Shown piece after piece: positions 39,557 to 49,236 of a DNA stretch of 64,000 bases (within the stretch, counting starts at the first letter, position 1; every line of letters begins with the position of its first letter). The DNA is from Nitrospirota bacterium (GTDB taxonomy: Bacteria > Nitrospirota > Nitrospiria > 2-01-FULL-66-17). Where the stretch lies: positions 32,001 to 96,000 of the forward strand of contig JBMOMC010000002.1 of NCBI GenBank assembly GCA_049325335.1. Reading direction: 5' to 3'. The position numbers were made by a program, and so were the translations under genes. The notes below the pieces were generated by a model. The model did no database searches. It was not told the DNA's origin and saw only the letters and a program-made list of their open reading frames with translations.

Positions 39557-39934
39557 GTGTTAGACCCCGAACAAACCATTCGTCCGGACCTTTCCCACCC
39601 GTATTTGCCGGGGCGAGAACCCGCGTATCCGTTGTTGCGCGTGTTGAGCGGGCCGCTGGAGGGGCGCGAGTTTACCCTGACGGCCGATCGGTACGCGGTG
39701 GGCCGTGACGTGCAATCGGATATCGTCATCGCGCAGCCGGAGGTCTCTCGCCGGCACGCCGAGATCATTCGGATGGCCAGCGAATACGTGGTGATGGACC
39801 TCAAAAGCGCCAACGGGATTTACATCAATAATTTGAAACTCGATCGAGCCGTGTTGCACCACGGCGACGTGTTCCAGATCGGCTCCTGTGTGTTTCAGTT
39901 CATCTGGAGCCGACACCAGTCGTCACCGCCGTAA
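39557..39934 (+). CDS. Stand-alone FHA domain protein
   Basis: VGR, VSRRHA, DLKSANGIYIN, HGDVFQIG. Confidence 0.9.
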   Translation: MLDPEQTIRPDLSHPYLPGREPAYPLLRVLSGPLEGREFTLTADRYAVGRDVQSDIVIAQPEVSRRHAEIIRMASEYVVMDLKSANGIYINNLKLDRAVLHHGDVFQIGSCVFQFIWSRHQSSPP

Positions 39935-39937
39935 CGC

Positions 39938-41563
39938 ATGGGCCGGCGCACACCCGCCAAGGGACGGTCGCGACGCCCGAGGGCGTCTCCACGGACGGCC
40001 GCGACGCCGTCGAAGCTCTCCACGCTCCTGGAACACCTCCCCGGCATGATGTATCGGTCGCGGGCCGACGGGCGTCACACGATCGAGTTCGCGAGCGAGG
40101 GGTGTTTCGACTTGACCGGGTATCGCCCCGAGGCGTTGACGGCCGGGATGACGAGGCCGGATCTGGTCCATCCCGACGACCAATGGTCCGTGGAGCGCGC
40201 CATTGGAGACGCGGTGGGCGCCAAACGCGCGTTTCGGGTGGAGTACCGATTGCGGACCGCGTCCGGGGAGACGCGGTGGGTCTCCGAGCAGGGGCGGGGA
40301 GTGTACACCCGTCGCGGCGCGCTCACCGCGGTGGAAGGCTACGTCAGCGACATCACGGAGCAGAAATCGGCCGAGCGGTTGCTGGCCGAGCAGGCGATCC
40401 GCGATGCGCTGACCGGTTTGTACAACCGCCGATTTTTCGACGAACGCATCGACATTGAGTTGGCCCGCGCCAGACGCAACGGCCACGCCGTCGCGTTTTT
40501 GATGTGCGATCTTGATCATTTTAAATCCATCAACGACAGCCGGGGGCATCAGATCGGCGACGAGGTGCTCAAGGCCGTGGCCAACGTGATCATGGCGGCC
40601 ACGCGCGGCAGCGACATGGTCGTGCGGTGGGGGGGCGATGAAGTCGTCATCGTATTGTCCGAAACGAACGAAGCCGGCGGCCGTATCGTGGCCGACCGCA
40701 TTCGGCGGGCGGTGTGTCGGCTGAGCGAGGCCCGGGACATCCGGTTCGACATCAGCATCGGGATCGCGGTGTTCCCGAGCCACGGCGAATCCGTGAGCCA
40801 GATCATTCGGCTCGCCGACCGCGCGCTGTATATCGCCAAAAAAAGCGGGGAGCGCATCCATGTCGGGGACGAACACTACCGGTTGGACGAACAGGCCATC
40901 AAAGTGGTGTTTCAGCCGATTGTGGACGTCTGGTCCGACCAGGTGTTGGGATACGAAGCCCTGAGCCGAGACCCCGAGGGCCGGTTGAGCGTGGCCGAGT
41001 TGTTTCGCAAGTACCACGTGGTGGGTCAACTCGACGAACTCAAAACGATCTGTTTCAAGGAGCAGTTGCGGGTCGCGGAGGAACTCCGATTGAACCGGAT
41101 TTTCCTGAACGTGGATTTCCACGTCTTGGAACATCTGGAACCGCCGCCCAAGCCGGACGGCACCGACGTCATCGTCGAAATCTCCGAGCGCGACGCGCTC
41201 CACGACGTGGAGCGGCATTTGGAGATCGCGGTGAAGTGGCGCGCGTGCGGCTACAAGTTCGCCATCGACGATTTCGGCGCGGGCTTCGTGTCGCTGCCGT
41301 TCGTGGCGCGGCTGATGCCCGAGTACATCAAGATCGACCGATCGCTGGTGCTCCAAGCCGTGGCGTCGGACACATTTAAGGGGTTTTCCAAACATCTCCT
41401 AATCGCCTTGAGGACCTATGCCACCGAGGGGATCATCGCCGAGGGGATCGAAACGGAACGAGAACTGGCGGCGATGAAGGGGATCGGGATTTTTATCATC
41501 CAAGGGTTTCTTTTGGGGCGTCCCCGGGCATTGGGGCCGGACCAGTCCGCCGACGCCGCGTAG
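39938..41563 (+). CDS. PAS/PAC-GGDEF-EAL c-di-GMP enzyme
   Basis: PAS/PAC; DALTGLYNRR, RGSD I-site, GGDEV; YEALSR, DDFGAG, IKIDRS, AEGIET. Confidence 0.93.
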   Translation: MGRRTPAKGRSRRPRASPRTAATPSKLSTLLEHLPGMMYRSRADGRHTIEFASEGCFDLTGYRPEALTAGMTRPDLVHPDDQWSVERAIGDAVGAKRAFRVEYRLRTASGETRWVSEQGRGVYTRRGALTAVEGYVSDITEQKSAERLLAEQAIRDALTGLYNRRFFDERIDIELARARRNGHAVAFLMCDLDHFKSINDSRGHQIGDEVLKAVANVIMAATRGSDMVVRWGGDEVVIVLSETNEAGGRIVADRIRRAVCRLSEARDIRFDISIGIAVFPSHGESVSQIIRLADRALYIAKKSGERIHVGDEHYRLDEQAIKVVFQPIVDVWSDQVLGYEALSRDPEGRLSVAELFRKYHVVGQLDELKTICFKEQLRVAEELRLNRIFLNVDFHVLEHLEPPPKPDGTDVIVEISERDALHDVERHLEIAVKWRACGYKFAIDDFGAGFVSLPFVARLMPEYIKIDRSLVLQAVASDTFKGFSKHLLIALRTYATEGIIAEGIETERELAAMKGIGIFIIQGFLLGRPRALGPDQSADAA

Positions 41564-41667
41564 GCTCGGCCCCTCGTAGGATTCCTCCGTACGGCGCCGG
41601 CCGTCACGAGTCCGGCGTCAGCCGCCTCGGGGTGCGTGATCGTGCCGGAACCGTCCGGCGCACGCTG

Positions 41668-42756
41668 TTACGCGTCGTGGTGCGACGGGCTGTGTTTCGG
41701 CAGGACGGAGGGATCGAACAGCACGGTGTGTGTGGCGTTGATTTTGATGTCTACGCGGCTCCCGAGCTCGTAGACCACGTCCGAGGGTTGCGTGGAGTGG
41801 AGCGGGCGTCCGGACGCCAGGTGCACGGTGTAGAGGTTCTCCGAGCCGCGGAATTGGCGGTTGACCACGACCGCGGGCGCGTGGTCCGACGGCACGAGCA
41901 GCACGTCGTCGGGTCGGATCATCACGGACACGGCCATGCCGGTCGGGAATCCCGAGGTGTTGGGGAACGGGCCGAGTTCGGTGCGGACCTGCAGGCCGTC
42001 CACCGCGCCCGGTACGAAGTCGGCTTGGCCCACGAACTCGGCCACGAACGGCGTGGTCGGGAGGTGGTAGACGATTTCGGGGGTGCCGAGTTGTTCGAGA
42101 CGGCCGCGGTTCAAGACCGCGACGCGGTCGGCCATGGCAAAGGCTTCTTCGTGATCGTGCGTGACCAACACCGTGGTGGCGCCCGATTGCCGCAAGATCG
42201 CGTCGACTTCCTGCCGCATCCGCGAGCGCATATCCGGGTCGAGGTTGGAGAAGGGCTCATCGAGCAGGACCACGATCGGCTTGGGGGCCAAGGCCCGGGC
42301 CAGGGCCACGCGTTGCTGTTGGCCGCCGGAGAGTTGGTGCGGGTGCCGCGCTTGCAGCCCCGCGAGCCCCACGAGTTCCAAGACCTCCGACACGCGGCGT
42401 GTGCGCTCGGCCCGTCCCAACTGATGGAGACCGAACGAGACGTTGCGCGACACGGTTAAGTGGGGAAACAGGGCGTAGTCCTGGAACACCATGCCCACGC
42501 CGCGGCGTTCCGGCGGAACCCAGGCGCCGTTGCCCGCCACGCAATGGCCTCCGACATGGACCGTGCCGGTCGTGGGGTCCTCGAATCCGGCGATGAGACG
42601 CAGCAGCGTGGTTTTTCCGCACCCGCTGGGCCCTAGGACGGCGAGGGTGTGGCCGCGCGCCACGGTGAGCGAGAGCGCGTCGATCGCGGGCGCGTGGTCG
42701 GGTTGATACCGCTTGGTCACGCCCGCCAGTTCAATGACGGGGCCGGGCGCGTTCAT
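41668..42756 (-). CDS. ABC transporter ATP-binding protein, FbpC/PotA-like with TOBE domain
   Basis: GPSGCGKTT, VFQDYALFPHL, LSGGQQQR, LLDEPFSNLD. Confidence 0.92.
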   Translation of the reverse strand: MNAPGPVIELAGVTKRYQPDHAPAIDALSLTVARGHTLAVLGPSGCGKTTLLRLIAGFEDPTTGTVHVGGHCVAGNGAWVPPERRGVGMVFQDYALFPHLTVSRNVSFGLHQLGRAERTRRVSEVLELVGLAGLQARHPHQLSGGQQQRVALARALAPKPIVVLLDEPFSNLDPDMRSRMRQEVDAILRQSGATTVLVTHDHEEAFAMADRVAVLNRGRLEQLGTPEIVYHLPTTPFVAEFVGQADFVPGAVDGLQVRTELGPFPNTSGFPTGMAVSVMIRPDDVLLVPSDHAPAVVVNRQFRGSENLYTVHLASGRPLHSTQPSDVVYELGSRVDIKINATHTVLFDPSVLPKHSPSHHDA

Positions 42757-42904
42757 CGCGGTCCCGTCCGGCGCTGCTCCGCGAGCGGGATGCGGCGGAT
42801 TATGAGGCAGGCTCGGCATCGGCTTTGATTATACGTCGGAAACCGCATGAAACGAAGGGTATCCACGCGTCCTGTCCAGACCGGCTCACGTCGGGCGCGG
42901 TCGA

Positions 42905-43951
42905 TCAGCGGTTGGCGAGCAGATACACGTCCATGAAGAGATACACGAACCACCCCGCCAGCAGCAAAAACCAGCCCGCAATCAAAATAAAATCCAGTGT
43001 AGTGTGGAACGACACCGAGAAATTTTCCGCGACCATGGTGGAGACGTCTTCGATCGTGTCCAGTTTATGTTGGACGGACGTTTGCCACGCCTCGATGTGG
43101 AATTTTTTGGCCAGGAGCGCGTACACGCGGGCCGCGTACCAGTCGCCGATGAGTTTGATGCGGTGCTCCGTGGCCTGCGACTCCAGGAGGGTCTCCGCAC
43201 GGATTCGCATGATCTCTCGGAGCAAGGCGCGGACTTCGCGACGGCGAAACATCGATTGTTTGGGCGTGGTGCGGAGCATCCGCGCGATATGGGCAATCCG
43301 CGCGTCGAGCGCCTGATCGGACATCCGCATGCGCAGCAGTTGGAAATTGGCGATTTCGATCAACTCGATGTTGGCGTCGAAATCCGCGTGCGGGTCAAAG
43401 AGCACCGCGCCGTCCCAGTCCACGATCGTCAGATCGTCCTTGCCGTATTTGATGTTGGCTCGGAGGGTGGCGTGAACCTCTTCTTCGTCGAGCGGGAGGC
43501 GCTCGTCCTTGATCAGTCCCACCAGCCGTTCTCCGTGCAGGGTCAGGAACACCTCGGGGTCGCCCTGATAATCGGCGATGCAATACACCCGGTACTCTTC
43601 CTGAAATTGCGGATCGCCGTCCAGACGACGAAGGATCGCGCGGCACGCCTCAATGAGCTCGGTGTGGATGTCGAACAACGGGGCGGTGAGCAGGTCGTCG
43701 ACCTCGACCGTGATCTCCGCGATCGCGAATCCGGGATCATAGGTCTTGACGATTTCCACTGCCGGGCGGCCGCTCAGCGTGACGGCGGTGCGTTCGATGA
43801 TTTGCTGGCGCGGCGTCAGATCCGGGTAATAGTTGGGCGCGGCTTTGGAGGACTTAGAGGCGACCGTCCCGGTCGGCGCCACCCGCGCGGCAACCGGGCT
43901 GATCACGAAACCGATCAGTCGGGCGGGGATCGCCAAGCGTTCCCGTTCCAT
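42905..43951 (-). CDS. Hypothetical protein with C-terminal TM helix (RMD1/DUF155-like architecture)
   Basis: Long helical region, IVDWDGA and IGDWYAARVY motifs, single C-terminal TM. Confidence 0.7.
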   Translation of the reverse strand: MERERLAIPARLIGFVISPVAARVAPTGTVASKSSKAAPNYYPDLTPRQQIIERTAVTLSGRPAVEIVKTYDPGFAIAEITVEVDDLLTAPLFDIHTELIEACRAILRRLDGDPQFQEEYRVYCIADYQGDPEVFLTLHGERLVGLIKDERLPLDEEEVHATLRANIKYGKDDLTIVDWDGAVLFDPHADFDANIELIEIANFQLLRMRMSDQALDARIAHIARMLRTTPKQSMFRRREVRALLREIMRIRAETLLESQATEHRIKLIGDWYAARVYALLAKKFHIEAWQTSVQHKLDTIEDVSTMVAENFSVSFHTTLDFILIAGWFLLLAGWFVYLFMDVYLLANR

Positions 43952-44050
43952 TCCGAGATCATACGGACGGCTCGGGGGGAGAGTCAATTTGCGCCGCGCC
44001 GCGCATGCGCGGGGGTGGTATCCGGAAGGTTGACACGCCGGATTCTCTTC

Positions 44051-44080
44051 TTGACTTCGGTCGTGAGCCTCCCCTACACT
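44051..44080 (+). promoter_or_regulatory. Putative sigma70 promoter (possibly leaderless) of the polyprenyl synthase gene
   Basis: TTGACT-18 bp-TACACT, 7 nt before ATG 44088. Confidence 0.6.
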
Positions 44081-44087
44081 GGCGCCC

Positions 44088-45098
44088 ATGCAAACCGGAA
44101 GGCCGGGAGTCGAGTTATCGACCATGCAGGACGTCTGGGACTTCTATCGGACCGACCTGCGGGAGGTGGATCTCTCGATCGAAAAATACGTGGACTCCGG
44201 CGTTCCGCTCATCAACCAAGTCGCACTCTATATCTTGACCAGCGGAGGCAAACGCATTCGCCCGCTGTTGCTGATGATTTCCGCCCGGGTCTCCGGGTTC
44301 GAGGGACCCTCGGACCAAACGGTCACACTGGCCAGCGCGGTCGAATACATCCACGCGGCCACCCTGTTGCACGACGACGTGTTGGACGACGCGACCCTGC
44401 GCCGCGGTAAAGACCCCGCGCACGCGGTGTGGGGGAATCGCGCGACGATTCTGGTCGGCGATTATCTCTATACCAAGGCCGTATGCCTGGCCGTGCAGAT
44501 CGGCCTGTTGGAGGTGGATTCGATCCTGGCCAACGCGTGCCGGGTCATGGCCGAGGGCGAGGCGTTGCAATTACTGCACTGCGGGGACCTGTCGTTGACC
44601 GATGCGGCCTATCTAAAGATCGTCGAGTGTAAAACCGCGGCGTTGCTGTCGGCCGCGTGCCGATTGGGCGGGGTCATCAGCGGCGCGCCGTGGCGGACCA
44701 AAGACGCGCTCGGCCAGTTCGGCATGCACCTGGGTATCGCGTATCAAGTGGCCGACGATACGCTCGATTACGTGGCGGATCAGGGGCGCTTGGGCAAGGC
44801 GCTCGGCAAGGATCTCTCCGAAGGCAAAATCACCCTTCCGTTGCTGCACCTGTTGCGGTCGGTCAACGGCACCGAGCGCCGCCTGGTTGAAACCGTGGTG
44901 CGCGACGGGCAAGCCTCGGCCGAGCAGCTTCGGGACATCCTCGATCTGATGCAGACCTACGGTTCCACCACGTACGCCATGGACGTGGCGCGCCGGCACA
45001 TCACCCTCGCCCAGCAACAGTTGGAAGCCTTCGACAATGGTCCGCATCGACAAGCCTTGATGGCGGTCGCGGATTACGTGGTCGCGCGGGATCACTGA
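44088..45098 (+). CDS. Long-chain polyprenyl diphosphate synthase (IspB/HepT-like)
   Basis: GGKRIRP, LLHDDVLD (FARM), RRG, KTA, QVADDTLD (SARM). Confidence 0.93.
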   Translation: MQTGRPGVELSTMQDVWDFYRTDLREVDLSIEKYVDSGVPLINQVALYILTSGGKRIRPLLLMISARVSGFEGPSDQTVTLASAVEYIHAATLLHDDVLDDATLRRGKDPAHAVWGNRATILVGDYLYTKAVCLAVQIGLLEVDSILANACRVMAEGEALQLLHCGDLSLTDAAYLKIVECKTAALLSAACRLGGVISGAPWRTKDALGQFGMHLGIAYQVADDTLDYVADQGRLGKALGKDLSEGKITLPLLHLLRSVNGTERRLVETVVRDGQASAEQLRDILDLMQTYGSTTYAMDVARRHITLAQQQLEAFDNGPHRQALMAVADYVVARDH

Positions 45099-45180
45099 TC
45101 GGTTGCCCGTTGTTGTCGGTGGTCCCTTCCTACCAGCCCTCCTATCTGAACGCGAACCAGTGCCTCGACGAGGCCTGCTC

Positions 45181-45411
45181 ATGATCGGTCCAATCGTGCT
45201 GGGCCTCGTGCTGGCGCTTTCGCCAGCCGCATGTACGTCTTCCGAACGCGCCGCGCAAGAAGCTTACGAGCTCGCGCAGTTCGAAGAGAAACAGGGAAAC
45301 GCGGCCCACGCCCGGCAACTCTATCAACAGATCGTCACGAAGCACCCCGACACGCCCTGGGCCGAAAAAGCCCAAGCGCGGCTAGGCGAGCTTCCTCCGG
45401 CCCAGCCCTAG
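45181..45411 (+). CDS. Small TPR-like lipoprotein
   Basis: Hydrophobic signal ending AAC; A..LYQQIVTKHPDTPWA TPR-like helix pair. Confidence 0.75.
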   Translation: MIGPIVLGLVLALSPAACTSSERAAQEAYELAQFEEKQGNAAHARQLYQQIVTKHPDTPWAEKAQARLGELPPAQP

Positions 45412-45457
45412 TTCCTGCTAGAAACACGCTCCTGCGGCGAGTAGGGTGACTGGGAAT

Positions 45458-46027
45458 CTAATACGCGTCCGCGTCACATCGCACTAATCTCACGTCGACT
45501 TCCCGCTCCACATATGTCCATTCCACCGTGCTACGGAGCGCTGCGACCAGCTTGTCGAACGCCGCACCGTCCTCGGCCGCATACTCGAACCAGGTCAGAA
45601 AATCGAACGGCTCGTTGTCGCCCAGATCCCGGCAATGGTGCAGCTTGCGCGCAATCGCGGGCAGGAAACCCATGCCGATCCGGATGTGCTGGGACTGCGC
45701 TTCAAAGATCGCTCGTCGTTCGTCCTGCGGTAGGTTCCACCACGCGGCGGATTTTTTGATCGGGATCAGCGCGGCGTGCGTGGCCTCGAATCGGCCCAGC
45801 GGAGGCTGATTCGAGGCCAAGAGGCGTTTCTCCACCCGCTCCACGTAACGCTCGTTGCTGGTGATCCCGCGAAGCGCCCACGAACCGCTCCGCAACGGTT
45901 GCTGCGACAGGCTGTCGACCACGGTGACGTACCCCACCGGGTCCAAGCCATGCCCCTTCACCGCGTCCATTGTAAGGACGCGCCATTGACCCGTCGTACC
46001 TCCGATAAATGTTGACCGTCGAGACAT
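45458..46027 (-). CDS. cld: Chlorite dismutase, short clade II (dimeric, cytoplasmic) type
   Basis: LRGITSNERY, LIPIKKSAAWW, proximal His (SQHI), distal Arg (IARKLHHCRD), FDFLTWFE, EWTYVERE; 189 aa, no signal peptide. Confidence 0.88.
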   Translation of the reverse strand: MSRRSTFIGGTTGQWRVLTMDAVKGHGLDPVGYVTVVDSLSQQPLRSGSWALRGITSNERYVERVEKRLLASNQPPLGRFEATHAALIPIKKSAAWWNLPQDERRAIFEAQSQHIRIGMGFLPAIARKLHHCRDLGDNEPFDFLTWFEYAAEDGAAFDKLVAALRSTVEWTYVEREVDVRLVRCDADAY

Positions 46028-46199
46028 CGCCACTCCGTCGAAATGTTCGATCGAAATACCCAATTTGCAACTTCCGGACCGAGTCGGGATGACTCGGGAT
46101 TGGCCGAGCGGTGAAATGTTACCGAGGGAATGACGCGTTGAAGCTTGAACCAACCATCAAGGGTAGACAACTTTGTCGCCCGTCCGTCATTTCTGTCGG

Positions 46200-46221
46200 T
46201 CTCACGGCGATCGCCGTGAGA
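46200..46221. terminator. Perfect 22-bp palindrome just after the large operon
   Basis: TCTCACGGCGATCGCCGTGAGA, 13 bp downstream of the last stop codon. Confidence 0.55.
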
Positions 46222-46234
46222 AGGGTGAGGCCGT

Positions 46235-47197
46235 TTACACCGGGAAGAACACGAACGGGTAGGTGACGATGATGACGCCGTCATACAGGTGGGGGAACTT
46301 CCACATCTTGATCCGGCTGGCGAGGGCTTGTTCCAGCGGGGCGTGATCCATGGTGGTGGAAATGATGCGCGTTTCAATGACCTTGCCGGTGGCGTCGATG
46401 GAAAACTCCACGGAAATGGTGCCCTTGAGCGTGGGGTTGGCACGGAGTTCTTTGTTGTAGAGGTAGATCAGGCCGTTCTTGTACTGCTCCACCACGCGCG
46501 CGATGGCGTCGTAATCAATCGACGCGCCTGTCCCCGACCCACCGCCTCTCAGCCGGACGCCCACGCCGTCGCCGAGACGGTGCCCGCCGCTGCCCGCTCC
46601 GCCGGCGCCGGTCTCGGTTGGAATCCGGGCCAAGGCGACTTGTTCGCCGTGGGCGAGTCTGGTGCGGTCGCCGCTGCCCAGGGATTTGGATTTGGCCACG
46701 GTCTTGTCCACCAATGCGGTATCGTGCGACAGGGGTTTAGTAGCAATGGCGCGGGTGCTCTTGGCGGTCGGGGCCGTGATCAGATCCGACGATGACAAGG
46801 CCTGGGTCAGGCGATCGCTCTCGATGATGTCGCTGAGTCCGCCTTTTTCTTCTTCTTCGATCAACGAGGCGAGCAGGCCGCTCTGCCGCACGATCTCCCG
46901 TGTTTGCTGGGCCGAGGGTTTTGGCGGGGCCGCCGGCTTCTTGTCGGCTTTGGGTTTGTCGGCGTCCTTCTTTTCCGGGGCGACGTCCGCCACGTTAGGT
47001 TTCTCCGGTGTGGCTACGATGGGCGGAGGTTCCAAGATCAGCTTCGCCACACGTTCGGGCAGATCCTGAATGTCGGGGTGCTCGGGAACAGGCATGCGGA
47101 TGATGGTCACGAGCGCCGCGGCCAACAAATAGAAGCCCAGCGAGACACGCAGGGTCTTCTTAAACAGCTCATCGTCTGAATGCGGTACGATGATCAT
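46235..47197 (-). CDS. TonB/TolA-like energy transducer with AgmX/PglI (GltG-like) C-terminal domain
   Basis: Single N-terminal TM, Pro/Lys linker, SGLL motif, Gly-rich linker, LYNKELRANPTLKGTISVEFSI...WKFP...VTYPFVF. Confidence 0.85.
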   Translation of the reverse strand: MIIVPHSDDELFKKTLRVSLGFYLLAAALVTIIRMPVPEHPDIQDLPERVAKLILEPPPIVATPEKPNVADVAPEKKDADKPKADKKPAAPPKPSAQQTREIVRQSGLLASLIEEEEKGGLSDIIESDRLTQALSSSDLITAPTAKSTRAIATKPLSHDTALVDKTVAKSKSLGSGDRTRLAHGEQVALARIPTETGAGGAGSGGHRLGDGVGVRLRGGGSGTGASIDYDAIARVVEQYKNGLIYLYNKELRANPTLKGTISVEFSIDATGKVIETRIISTTMDHAPLEQALASRIKMWKFPHLYDGVIIVTYPFVFFPV

Positions 47198-47209
47198 CTA
47201 CGGTCTCCG

Positions 47210-47707
47210 TTAACCGATCTGCTCTTTTTGCACCACCGCGAGCGCGATGTGCGGAAACTCCGCCTGCGCGCAGGTGGCCATGAGTTTTTTGAGCAACTGA
47301 AACGGAATCTTGCGATCCCCCATAATCGTGATGTTCCCGGTGAACGTGACCGACGCGGTCTTTTGCGCCATGGCGCGGGTGCGGTCTCCCAACCGAGTCA
47401 GCTCCTGCGTGAGCGGTCCCAGGATAGTGTCCGGTTGCGCGATGGCTTCCGCCACGCCCATGACGCGTTTCCCGTCCACGAAGATCTCCCTGTCCGTCAC
47501 CAACAAGGTGACGGTCGGACGCGGGGCCTTTTCCGCGGTGGAGGCTGGCAGCTTGAGGCCTTCGGAGTCTGGTAACGCTTCTTCACCCGCAAGATGAACC
47601 AGGAGAAACAATAGCAGGATGGTGAAAATGTCCATCAAGCTGATGAGGCTCAACGACACGACGGCGTCGCGGCCTCGTCGATTATGGAGCCGGTCGCGAA
47701 ACTTCAT
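47210..47707 (-). CDS. ExbD/TolR family protein (AglS-like)
   Basis: LISLMDIFTILLLFLL (conserved TM Asp), LKLPAS, IMGDRKIPF. Confidence 0.9.
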   Translation of the reverse strand: MKFRDRLHNRRGRDAVVSLSLISLMDIFTILLLFLLVHLAGEEALPDSEGLKLPASTAEKAPRPTVTLLVTDREIFVDGKRVMGVAEAIAQPDTILGPLTQELTRLGDRTRAMAQKTASVTFTGNITIMGDRKIPFQLLKKLMATCAQAEFPHIALAVVQKEQIG

Positions 47708-48192
47708 ACGCGTTTAACCTCGCCGATTGAAATGTCCGGAAACAACTCCTGGGACGGGCCGGCCTTCCGGCACACGTCCATGACTTCGACCAAGGACTCG
47801 TACGCCACGTCGGGCTCGCTCAATAGGATGACCGACTTTTCCTGCGGGTAGGAGGTTTTTACCCGTTGCAACAGCGCAGTCAGCCCAGCGAGGTCGTACG
47901 CGCCGTTTTGCAGCGCGAGCCGATTCGGAGCCAACCCGCTGCCTTGTACGCTGATTCCGTCCCGGTGCAAGGCCACGATCAAGCTGAACGGTTCTTGCGC
48001 GGGCGGCGCGGCGGCGTGCGCGCTCGATGCCGTGGGCAGGTTGAGCTCCAACACCGCGAGCCGGGAAAACACCACGCCCGTCAGCAAGAACGGGATCAAC
48101 ACCACCATGAGATTCATGAATGGCGTGATGTTCAGCGAGTTGTCGCCTTGCCCGAACCGGCGAGCCCGACGTAGCCGCACGCTATTTCGCAT
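47704..48192 (-). CDS. ExbD/TolR family protein (AglQ-like)
   Basis: LNITPFMNLMVVLIPFLL (Asn in place of Asp), YESLVEVMD, LFPDISIG. Confidence 0.9.
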   Translation of the reverse strand: MRNSVRLRRARRFGQGDNSLNITPFMNLMVVLIPFLLTGVVFSRLAVLELNLPTASSAHAAAPPAQEPFSLIVALHRDGISVQGSGLAPNRLALQNGAYDLAGLTALLQRVKTSYPQEKSVILLSEPDVAYESLVEVMDVCRKAGPSQELFPDISIGEVKRV

Positions 48193-48904
48193 GCACGGTC
48201 CCTTTCATCCCCACCGCTCGGCGCGGCTGGAGCATTTCCGAGCCGTTGGAGTACGCGTCCGCCGCGTCACTCTTCGCCATCTGGCCGGCCAGATTCACCA
48301 GCCTCAGCGCGTACCCTTCCACGGTGTCGATAACCCGGTTGGTGCGGCTCTGGAGAAATCCGTGCACCAACATGAGCGGCACCGCCACGATCAATCCGAA
48401 CGCGGTGGTGTTCATGGCTACTGAAATCCCCTTAGCCAACAACGTGGCCTTCTGGGCGGGGTCGGCCATCGACACCGCGGTAAAGGCCTGGATCAACCCT
48501 ACGATGGTGCCGAGGAGTCCGAGCAGGGTGGCGACGTTGGCCAGATTCGGCAGGTAGTTGAGCCGTGCCTCCAGCCGCGGAATGACCTGCATCATGGCCT
48601 CGTCCACGCCGCCTTGGGCGTCTTCCCGGGTGAACGAGCCTTTCATGCCGCGAATTCCCCCCGCGAGGACCTGGTGGAGCGGGCGGTTGGACTGCGTGCA
48701 GTGACGCGCTGCTTCGTCCATGCGCCGGCCGTGGATGCTCGGCGCAATTTGCCCCCACAGCCGTTCGCCGTTGGTCCCGGCCCGCGCGATCACCACGATG
48801 CGTTCCACCACGATCGCGGTTGACACAGCCAGCACCAGGAGGATCGGATACATGAAGAATCCTCCGGCCTGGAAAAAGTTGATATATGTTGCCACGCTGG
48901 TCAT
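48182..48904 (-). CDS. MotA/TolQ/ExbB proton channel (AglR-like)
   Basis: GGFFMYPI, ATLLGLLGTIVGLIQAF, LAKGISVAMNTTAFGL. Confidence 0.93.
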   Translation of the reverse strand: MTSVATYINFFQAGGFFMYPILLVLAVSTAIVVERIVVIARAGTNGERLWGQIAPSIHGRRMDEAARHCTQSNRPLHQVLAGGIRGMKGSFTREDAQGGVDEAMMQVIPRLEARLNYLPNLANVATLLGLLGTIVGLIQAFTAVSMADPAQKATLLAKGISVAMNTTAFGLIVAVPLMLVHGFLQSRTNRVIDTVEGYALRLVNLAGQMAKSDAADAYSNGSEMLQPRRAVGMKGTVHAK

Positions 48905-49236
48905 TGGTTCCCTCCTCCTGTTCCGGATATCGGTGTGCGCAAAAGCTGGCGTTGAAAACGCGCTCGATCTACGGGTTCGAGTAGTTCTTGTTCAAAACTC
49001 CGGCGAAGCGGCATGTCGTTGTCCACCGCCGACAGCGTATTCTTCCACGGGACCACGTACACCACGTGCGGTTGCTCCAAGGTGCCCTGGATCTCGGTGC
49101 CTTCCATCAGAAAGCGTTCGACGTTCGCGTCCGTCCCGACGGACTCGGCTCCGGCGGGCGCGGTGTCCGCCGCTGAGGCCAGTCCGACAGCGAGCAGCAC
49201 GGTTGCGGGTATGAGCGACCCGATCAACCGCCTCAT
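48901..49236 (-). CDS. Small secreted protein, GltF/CglF-like
   Basis: Signal peptide; IQGTLEQPHVVYVVPW...RRSF motif; position between TPR and TolQ genes. Confidence 0.7.
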   Translation of the reverse strand: MRRLIGSLIPATVLLAVGLASAADTAPAGAESVGTDANVERFLMEGTEIQGTLEQPHVVYVVPWKNTLSAVDNDMPLRRSFEQELLEPVDRARFQRQLLRTPISGTGGGNQ

